A model generated the notes under the pieces. That model saw only the letters and a list, made by a program, of their open reading frames with translations, searched no databases and was not told the origin of the DNA. Shown piece after piece: positions 54,700 to 64,000 of a DNA stretch of 64,000 nt; positions within the stretch are counted from its first letter, which is position 1; each line of letters starts with the position of its first letter. This DNA comes from Nemertoderma westbladi. Lineage: Eukaryota; Animalia; Xenacoelomorpha. The stretch covers positions 1 through 64,000 of the forward strand of contig JAUCBJ010003757.1 in NCBI GenBank assembly GCA_032718475.1, given 5' to 3'. The translations under genes and the position numbers were made by a program.

Positions 54700-57600
54700 C
54701 TAGTCGGGAAAAATAGGGGGAAATTATAGTTCGGTTGGGTCGTCTAGTCGGGGAAAATAGGGGAAAATATAGTTCGGTTGGCTCGTATAGTCGGGAAAAA
54801 TAGGGGAAATTATAGTTCGGTTGGCTCGTCTGGTCGGGAAAAAATAGGGGAAAATATAGTTCGGTTGGCTCGTCTAGTCGGGAAAAATAGGGGAAAATAT
54901 AGTTCGGTTGGCTCGTCTGGTCGGGAAAAATAGGGGAAAATATAGTTCGGTTGGCTCGTCTGGTCGGGAAAAATAGGGGAAAATATAGTTCGGTTGGCTC
55001 GTCTGGTCGGGGAAAATAGGGGAAAATATAGTTCGGTTGGCTCGTCTGGTCGGGAAAAATAGGGGAAAATATAGTTCGGTTGGCTCGTCTGGTCGGGGAA
55101 AATAGGGGAAAATATAGTTCGGTTGGCTCGTCTGGTCGGGAAAAATAGGGGAAAATATAGTTCGGTTGGGTCGTCTAGTCGGGGAAAAATAGGGGAAATT
55201 ATAGTTCGGTTGGCTCGTCTAGTCGGGAATAAATAGGGGAAATTATAGTTCGGTTGGGTCGTCTAGTCGGGGAAAAAATAGGGGAAATTATAGTTCGGTT
55301 GGCTCGTCTGGTCGGGGAAAATAGGGGAAAATATAGTTCGGTTGGGTCGTCTGGTCGGGGAAAATAGGGGAAAATATAGTTCGGTTGGCTCGTCTGGTCG
55401 GGAAAAATAGGGGAAATTATAGTTCGGTTGGGTCGTCTGGTCGGGGAAAATAGGGAAAATATAGTTCGGTTGGGTCGTCTGGTCGGTGAAAATAGGGGAA
55501 AATATAGTTCGTGTTGGCTCGTCTGGTCGGGAAAAATAGGGGAAATATATAGTTCGGTTGGCTCGTCTGGTCGGGAAAAATAGGGGAAAATATAGTTCGG
55601 TTGGCTCGTCTGGTCGGGAAAAATAGGGGAAATTATAGTTCGGTTGGCTCGTCTAGTCGGGGAAAATAGGGGAAATTATAGTTCGGTTGGGTCGTCTGGT
55701 CGGGGAAAATAGGGGAAATTATAGTTCGGTTGGCTCGTCTGGTCGGGAAAAATAGGGGAAAATATAGTTCGGTTGGCTCGTCTAGTCGGGAAAAATAGGG
55801 GAAAATATAGTTCGGTTGGGTCGTCTGGTCGGGGAAAATATAGTTCGGTTGGGTCGTCTGGTCGGGGAATATAGGGGAAATATAGTTCGGTTGGGGTCGT
55901 CTGGTCGGGGAAAATAGGGGAAAATATAGTTCGGTTGGGTCGTCTGGTCGGGGAAAATAGGGGAAAATATAGTTCGGTTGGCTCGTCTGGTCGGGAAAAA
56001 TAGGGGAAAATATAGTTCGGTTGGGTCGTCTGGTCGGGGAAAATAGGGGAAAATATAGTTCGGTTGGGTCGTCTGGTCGGGGAAAATAGGGGAAAATATA
56101 GTTCGGTTGGCTCGTCTGGTCGGGAAAAATAGGGGAAAATATAGTTCGGTTGGCTCGTCTGGTCGGGAAAAATAGGGGAAAATATAGTTCGGTTGGCTCG
56201 TCTGGTCGGGAAAAATAGGGGAAAATATAGTTCGGTTGGCTCGTCTAGTCGGGGAAAAATAGGGGAAAATATAGTTCGGTTGGGTCGTCTGGTCGGGGAA
56301 AATAGGGGAAAATATAGTTCGGTTGGCTCGTCTGGTCGGGAAAAATAGGGGAAAATATAGTTCGGTTGGCTCGTCTGGTCGGGAAAAATAGGGGAAAATA
56401 TAGTTCGGTTGGCTCGTCTGGTCGGGAAAAAATATAGTTCGGTTGGCTCGTCTGGTCGGGAAAAATAGGGGAAAATATAGTTCGGTTGGCTCGTCTGGTC
56501 GGGAAAAATAGGGGAAAATATAGTTCGGTTGGGTCGTCTAGTGGGGAAAAATAGGGGAAATTATAGTTCGGTTGGGTCGTCTAGTGGGGAAAAAATAGGA
56601 AAAATTATAGTTCGGTTGGGTCGTCTAGTGGGGGAAAAAATAGGGAAAATATAGATCGGTGGGCTCGTCTGGTCGGGAAAAATAGGGGAAAATATAGTTC
56701 GGTTGGGTCGTCTGGTCGGGAAAAATAGGGGAAAATATAGTTCGGTTGGGTCGTCTAATCGGGGAAAATAGGGGAAAATATAGTTCGGTTGGGTCGTCTG
56801 GTCGGGGGAAAATAGGGGGAAAATATAGTTCGGTTGGCTCGTCTAGTCGGGGAAAAATAGGGGAAAATATAGTTCGGTTGGCTCGTCTAGTCGGGGAAAA
56901 TAGGGGAAAATATAGTTCGGTTGGCTCGTCTAGTCGGGGAAAATAGGGGAAAATATAGTTCGGTTGGCTCGTCTAGTCGGGGAAAATAGGGGAAAATATA
57001 GTTCGGTTGGGTCGTCTGGTCGGGAAAAATAGGGGAAAATATAGTTCGGTTGGGTCGTCTGGTCGGGAAAAATAGGGGAAAATATAGTTCGGTTGGGTCG
57101 TCTAATCGGGGAAAATAGGGGAAAATATAGTTCGGTTGGGTCGTCTGGTCGGGGAAAATAGGGGAAAATATAGTTCGGTTGGGTCGTCTAATCGGGGAAA
57201 ATAGGGGAAAATATAGTTCGGTTGGGTCGTCTAGTCGGGAAAAATAGGGGAAATTATAGTTCGGTTGGCTCGTCTAGTCGGGGAAAATAGGGGAAATTAT
57301 AGTTCGGTTGGCTCGTCTAGTCGGGGAAAATAGGGGAAATTATAGTTCGGTTGGCTCGTCTAGTCGGGGAAAATAGGGGAAAATATAGTTCGGTTGGCTC
57401 GTCTAGTCGGGGAAAATAGGGGAAAATATAGTTCGGTTGGGTCGTCTGGTCGGGAAAAATAGGGGAAATTATAGTTCGGTTGGCTCGTCTAGTCGGGGAA
57501 AATAGGGGAAAATATAGTTCGGTTGGCTCGTCTAGTCGGGGAAAATAGGGGAAATTATAGTTCGGTTGGCTCGTCTAGTCGGGGAAAATAGGGGAAAATA

Positions 57601-59010
57601 TAGTTCGGTTGGGTCGCCTAGTGGGGAAAAAATAGGGGAAAATATAGTTCGGTTGGGTCGTCTGGTCGGGAAAAATAGGGGAAATTATAGTTCGGTTGGG
57701 TCGTCTAGTCGGGGGAAAAATAGGGGGAAATATAGATCGGTTGGGTCGTCTAATCGGGAACAATTGGGGAAAATATAGATCGGTGGACTCGTCTAGTCGG
57801 GAAAAAAATAAGGGAAATTATAGTTCGGTTGGCTGGAATAATGGGAAAAATAGGGGAAAATATAGTTCGGTTGGCTCGTCTAGTCGGGGAAAATAGGGGA
57901 AATTATAGTTCGGTTGGCTCGTCTAGTCGGGAAAATAGGGGAAAATATAGTTCGGTTGGCTCGTCTAGTCGGGGAAAATAGGGGAAATTATAGTTCGGTT
58001 GGCTCGGTCTAGTCGGGAAAATAGGGGGAAAATATAGTTCGGTTGGCTCGTCTAGTCGGGGAAAATAGGGGAAATATAGATCGGTTGGGGTCGTCTAATC
58101 GGGAACAATTGGGGAAAATATAGATCGGTGGACTCGTCTAGTCGGGAAAAAATAAGGGAAATTATAGTTCGGTTGGCTGGAATAATGGGGAAAAAATAGG
58201 GGAAAATATAGTTCGGTTGGCTCGTCTAGTCGGGAAAAAATAAGGGAAATTATAGTTCGGTTTGGCTGGAATAATGGGAAAAATAGGGGAAAATATAGTT
58301 CGGTTGGCTCGTCTAGTCGGGAAAAAAATAAGGGAAATTATAGTTCGGTTGGCTGGAATAATGGGAAAAATAGGGGGAAAATATAGTTCGGTTGGCTCGT
58401 CTAGTCGGGAAAAATAGGGGAAAATATAGATCGGTTGGCTCGTCTAGTGGGGGGAAAATAGGGGAAAATATAGATCGGTTGGCTCGTCAAGTGGGAAAAA
58501 CAGGGGAAATATAGTTCTATTGGCTCGTCTAGTCGGGGAAAAAATAGGGGAAAATATAGTTCGATTGGGTCCGTCTAGCGGGAAAAACAATATGGAAAAA
58601 TATAGCTCGGCTGGCTCGCCTAGTGGAATAAAAATAGGGGAAAATATAATTCGGTTGGCTGGAATAGTGGGGTAAAATATAGATCGGTTAGCTCGTCTAA
58701 CGGGGAAAAAAATTGGGGGAAATATAGTTCGGTTGGCTCGAATAGCGGGGAAAAATTATGGGAAAATATAGTTCGGTGGGTTCGACTAGTGGGGGAAAAA
58801 TAGGGGGAAATATTGTTCGGTTGGCTCGACTATCAGGGATAAAATAGGGGAAAATATAGTTCGGATGGCTTGAGTGGTGGGAAAAGATAGGGAAAAACAG
58901 TTCGGTTTTTAGGGCTAGTGGGGAAAAATATGGAAAGATAGTTCCGTTGGCCCGTTTAGAGAGGAAAAAATAGGGGGAAATACAGTTCGGTTGGATTAAG
59001 TGGTGCGAAA
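54695..59010. repeat. ~43 bp tandem array (CTCGTCTAGTCGGGGAAAATAGGGGAAAATATAGTTCGGTTGG), about 100 units, filling a HUS1 intron
   Basis: Directly visible; homogeneous near the exon and increasingly degenerate after ~58400. Confidence 0.96.
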
Positions 59011-59096
59011 AATATACAATAAACTAGGCCTATATAAAGTATAGTTACACTGGCCCGACTAATTCAGTAATGTAAATAATATGAAAGTTAACTCAC

Positions 59097-59196
59097 TCCA
59101 AGTCGGGATATCCAGGTGTCGGAAGTGTGTCACTATAACAACAGAATCCGTTTCCATTCTCAGGTTCATATCGCCCCTTCGGTTTAACTCCAAAAT
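59097..59196 (-). CDS. HUS1: HUS1 internal coding exon
   Basis: TTATAG| ILELNRRGDMNLRMETDSVVIVTHFRHLDIPTW(N) |GTGAGT; 100 nt, phase 0/1; matches the HUS1 ..EAN..G..NL.IET..V...THF..L pattern. Confidence 0.9.
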
Positions 59197-59496
59197 CTAT
59201 AATGACAGCAAATATTTCCGGTAAAATATAATATAAAACATTTAATGGCAATAATTATATTCATAGTATGGGGGGGGGGGGGGGGCACAAAACATGGTAG
59301 TTTATTAACCTTTCTATTTTGGGAAAGGAGCACGTTACAGTGGCTGTGTTTCTAACTAAAACAATAATTTCCGTGACACTTTCCACTTACTGATATTGAG
59401 AATCCCTCATTGAGATGTAATGAGACTTATACCTGAATATAGTAACCCATTACATATGTAATTATTTATATGATTACAGTACTACAGGTCGGATTA

Positions 59497-60128
59497 CTGA
59501 CTTCCGGATCATGGATCCCGAAGTCAGGTGAGGACCTTCGAATACGTAAGATAAAGGCATGGGCAGCCTTGAATAGGCTTTCCAGGATTTGGAAGTCACC
59601 GAGAATTAATCGGAAACTTAAGGTCCGATTATTTAGAGCAGCAGTAGTTTCAGTACTCCTCTATGGGAGTCCATGCTGGGCTCTAACTGCTGAGGACACC
59701 AAATCTCTGGATGGCATGCGATGGCATGCTACGCCGGGTTCATTGTGTCAAGTGCAATACTCACATCTCCAACCAGACACTATATAACATTAAATGTGTA
59801 TCATTGGTTCCCCCAAGCTTGACATTAGAACAAAGCCGCCTCCGCTTTGCAGGACATTGCGTTCGCCGTGAGCACCAGCCAGTGCATAATGTCCAGTTGT
59901 GCTTTGGCGACCTCATGGAGTGAATAAGCATGGTGGACAGCCCATGACTTTCTTGAGACGCATCTTAAAGGACACTGGCCTTGAAGATGCGGATGATCTA
60001 GCTAATGTCATGGGTGATAGGGAGTTGTGGCGGCGCAAATTTTGTCGACAAGCCGGCACAGTATTCTTAAAAATGCAGCTGCAATGCAGCAAGCCGATCC
60101 TAGTACTAGTAGTAATAGTATTACTAGC
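59497..60128 (+). mobile_element. Second, heavily 5'-truncated and frameshifted copy of the same RTE family
   Basis: Near-identical to the reverse complement of ~17970-18567 (SGEDLRIRK.KAW.ALNRLSRIWKSPRINRKLKVRLFRAAV...). Ends in GATCCTAGTACTAGTAGTAATAG and is split over three ORFs. Confidence 0.92.
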
Positions 60129-61346
60129 TGACCGAATGGAACTTATTCGGACATTAGGTGCGTGTGTGAGATGAGCTTTGGGTTGATTCTTCAGAAGTGA
60201 CCAAATATATGTCTCACATAATTATTGACAGTTTTCGATGGTTTCAAAATTCAAAATTCAAAATTAAATAATTTACACTCTGAACAAAAAAATTTATATT
60301 TATACCCAAATAATTATATATTTGTTGAACATCAATAAAACAATACTAATCACATACTTTATGCACCATCCAGAAAGTACTGAACAATAAAAGACCTACC
60401 AATATCAGTAAGATGTGTAGAAGATACACGATGATATACTGTACCACTACAGGGTAATTAAATGAAATTAATCGCTGTAATTTGAAACAGGCTAAAGGCA
60501 GCCTTTTATAACCAAAACAAAAACGTTATATTTACCAATCGAAGGAAGGAGGGGGTTACAGGTGGATGCTTTTCTAACCAAAACAATAAATGTTCTTGTT
60601 AACAATAATTGATGACTTATGAATACTTAGGGTAAAAGTAATAATATATTTAGAAAGATATATGAAAATCATTCAATTAAGTTACATAATAATTATTATG
60701 GTGAAAAATAAATATGTTTGGTGCAAACGTATGTAGTGTGATCTGGGAAGGAAATAATTTGTGGCGTTATACTATTATATCTTATTTAATTAATTTAAAT
60801 TTCATTTCCATTTCTTTTGTTGACTATTATAATATTAATTACATGCAAGAGGATATAAAGATAAAGAGTTTTGTAATCATAGAAAGTGTATTACACCACT
60901 GAAAAAGTAAATTTAATTAAATATTAAATTATAAAAAAAAATGTCTGAACACGGAAATGATAACATTCGACTTTCAGTTTATCTATTTCGACAAGAGAGA
61001 AAATAAATCGTTAATAGATTGACGTCACCATTCCGATATAGAGATATAATAAACTGAGTGTAGACGGAAAAAAGAACAGGTCGCTGCGCCTTGTAATCTA
61101 GGTGACCGTGACGACAACTCCACGCACGCTGTATTAACTCTGTCTATGCTACTACAGAACACCAATATTGGTGGTAATAAACGTACTTCATGGTATGTCG
61201 TATACGTGTGAGGCACCATCAAATATTTTAGTTTATAAACGAGTGTTTGTAGAAAAATAAAAAGGCTCCACTATTTAGTTGTAATGAATGCTGAAATCGT
61301 TACATTAGATATCCATAATTATGATATTTGTGGACGGATCACTCAC

Positions 61347-61529
61347 CAGGTAACTGGATATATTCTTCATTTTATCGAGAACGCCTTGCAAAGTCTTTAA
61401 TGGCGGTAGGTAGCAGGTGGCGTGAAATTGGGGCGAGTCAGGTTCAGTAAAGTCAACCCATAATCTACGAGGGATAACAGCCACCGGAACATCGTGAACA
61501 ATGTGCCGTGATTGGTTGGTTAGAGATGG
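61347..61529 (-). CDS. HUS1: HUS1 internal coding exon (upstream exons lie beyond the window)
   Basis: TACTTTCCAG| PSLTNQSRHIVHDVPVAVIPRRLWVDFTEPDSPQFHATCYLPPLKTLQGVLDKMKNISSYL |GTGAGT; 183 nt, phase 0/0; HUS1 motifs HD.P..VIPR.LW....EP and YLP.LKT....V..KMKNIS. Confidence 0.92.
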
Positions 61530-63830
61530 CTGGAAAGTATAGTGATTGGTTGGTTATAGATGGGTGGGAAGTATAGTGATTGGCTGATTAGAGATGGTTG
61601 GAAAAAAGTATAGTGATTGGTTGGTTATAGATGGCTGGAAGTATAGTTATTGGCTGATTAGAGATGGTTGGAAAGTATAGTGATTGGATGATTAGAAATG
61701 GCTGAAAACTATAGTGATTGGCTAATCAGAGATGGCTGGAAAGTACAGCGATTGGTTGGTTATAGATGCCCGGGAAGTATAGTGATTGGCTGATTAGAGA
61801 TGGTTGGAAAGTATAATGATTGGTTGGTTATAATTGGCTGGAAAGTATAGTGATTGGCTGATTAGAGATGGTTGGAAAGTATAGTGATTGGATGGTTAGA
61901 AATGGCTAGAAAGTATAGTGATTGGTTGGTTAGAAATGGCTGAAAACTATAGTGATTGGCTAATCAGAGATGGCTGGAAAGTACAGCGATTGGTTGGTTA
62001 TAGATGGCTGGGAAGTATAGTGATTGGCTGATTAGATATGGCTGCAAAGTATAATGATTGGTTGGTTAGAATTGGCTGGAAAGTATAATGATTGGTTGGT
62101 TAGAATTGGCTGGAAACTATAGTGATTGGCTGATTAGAGATGGTTGGAAAGTATAATGATTGGTTGGTTAGAATTGGCTGGAAAGTATAGTGATTGGCTG
62201 ATTAGAGATGGTTGGAAAGTATAGTGATTGGCTGATTAGAGATGGTTGGAAACTATAGTGATTGGCTGATTAGAGATGGTTGGAAAGTATAATGATTGGT
62301 TGGTTATAATTGGCTGGAAAGTATAGTGATTGGCTGATTAGAGATGGTTGGAAAGTATAGTGATTGGATGGTTAGAAATGGCTAGAAAGTATAGTGATTG
62401 GTTGGTTAGAAATGGCTGAAAACTATAGTGATTGGCTAATCAGAGATGGCTGGAAAGTACAGCGATTGGTTGGTTATAGATGGCTGGGAAGTATAGTGAT
62501 TGGCTGATTAGATATGGCTGGAAAGTATAATGATTGGTTGGTTAGAATTGGCTGGAAACTATAGTGATTGGCTGATTAGAGATGGTTGGAAAGTATAATG
62601 ATTGGTTGGTTATAATTGGCTGGAAAGTATAGTGATTGGCTGATTAGAGATGGTTGGAAAGTATAGTGATTGGATGGTTAGAAATGGCTAGAAAGTATAG
62701 TGATTGGTTGGTTAGAAATGGCTGAAAACTATAGTGATTGGCTGATTAGAGATGGTTGGAAACTATAGTGATTGGCTGATTAAAGATGGTTGGAAAGTAT
62801 AATGATTGGTTGGTTAGAATTGGCTGGAAAGTATAGTGATTGTTTGGTTAGAAATGGCTAGAAAGTATAGTGATTGGTTGGTTAGAAATGGCTGAAAACT
62901 ATAGTGATTGGCTGATTAGAGATGGTTGGAAACTATAGTGATTGGCTGATTAGAGATGGTTGGAAAGTATAATGATTGGTTGGTTAGAATTGGCTGGAAA
63001 GTATAGTGATTGGCTGATTAGAGATGGTTGGAAAGTATAGTGATTGGTTGGATAGAAATGGCTGGAAAGTATGGTGATTGGTTGGTTAGAAATGGCTGAA
63101 AAATATAGTGATTGGCTGATTAGAGATGGTTGGAAACTATAGTGATTGGCTGATAAGAGATGGTTGGAAAGTATAATGATTGGTTGGTTAGAATTGGCTG
63201 GAAAGTATAGTGATTGGCTGATTGGAGATGGTTGGAAAGTATAGTGATTGTTTGGTTAGAAATGGCTAGAAAGTATAGTGATTGGCTGATTAGAGATGGT
63301 TGGAAACTGTAGTTATTGGTTGGTTAGAAATGGCTGGAAAGTATAGTGATTGGTTGGTTAGAAATGGCTGGAAAGTATAGTGATTGGCTGATTAGAAATG
63401 GTTGGAAACTATAGTTATTGGTTGGCTAGAGATGGTTGGAAAGTATAGTGATTGGTTGGTTAGAGATGGCTGGAAAGTATAGTGATTGGTTGGTTAGAGA
63501 TGGCTGGAAAGTATAGTGATTGGTTGGTTAGAGATGGCTGGAAAGTATAGTGATTGGCTGATTAGAGATGGTTGGAAACTATAGTTATTGGTTGGCTAGA
63601 GATGGTTGGAAAGTATAGTGATTGGTTGGTTAGAGATGGCTGGAAAGTATAGTGATTGCTGATTAGAGATGGTTGGAAACTATAGTGATTGGCTGATTAG
63701 AGATGGTTGGAAACTATAGTGTTTGGTTGGTTAGAAATAGCTGGAAACTATAGTGATTGGCTGATTAGAGATGGTTGGAAACTATAGTGTTTGGCTGATT
63801 AGAGATGGGTGGAAAGTACAGCGATTGGTG
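61508..63830. repeat. 34 bp tandem array (GTGATTGGTTGGTTAGAGATGGCTGGAAAGTATA), about 68 units, in a HUS1 intron
   Basis: Directly visible; the first unit overlaps the first 22 nt of the HUS1 exon. Confidence 0.96.
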
Positions 63831-64000
63831 ATTTGAATTACCCTAAAGTGATCTTTCTGGGTCTGTCAGTATTGCACTAGCACACATGGGTGATTCTCCT
63901 CAAAAGTGGCCGGCCAAATTTGTGTAAATTTTTTGTTCCAAAATATCGAAAAGTATATCATTCGAATGCTATTTGCGATGCGAATATGATGATGCTATGT

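Noticed and set aside
56746-57896. Short Gly/Ser/Arg-rich ORFs
   Set aside because: Translations of the 43 bp array.
59391-59432. Possible 42 nt cassette exon in a HUS1 intron (TTCAG|...|GTAAGT on the minus strand)
   Set aside because: In the required phase 0 it reads GTA TAA (immediate stop), and HUS1 is complete without it. A poison exon cannot be excluded but has no support.
16045-63830. CRISPR array interpretation of the regular 27-49 bp repeats
   Set aside because: Units are head-to-tail with no unique spacers, there are no cas genes, and the context is eukaryotic introns.

Overview
AT-rich animal (invertebrate-like) nuclear DNA with spliceosomal introns; not prokaryotic. Three genes can be read by hand. 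(1) TMEM198-like, an uninterrupted CDS (6101-7282, -). (2) A paxillin/leupaxin-family gene with four LIM domains in six coding exons (15958-52795, +), apparently LIM-only. (3) The last four coding exons of HUS1 (61529-54078, -), convergent with the paxillin gene. About 60% of the window is intronic tandem repeat (27, 49, 43 and 34 bp units), which explains all the giant ORFs in the ORF track. The strongest observation is that three of the four large arrays are tandem amplifications of the adjacent exon-intron junction itself: one splice donor (about 340 copies, 27 nt, in frame) and two splice acceptors (about 100 and about 68 copies). A paxillin intron also holds a ~420 bp palindrome with two inverted minimal hammerhead ribozyme motifs, each between tRNA-like A and B boxes. 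Other content: two copies of one RTE-type LINE (one ORF-intact with a TSD, one with a fold-back 5' junction), several non-autonomous inverted-repeat elements, and a cluster of possible transposon excision footprints. All coordinates, translations and copy numbers were derived by eye; family assignments rest on remembered protein motifs, not database searches.
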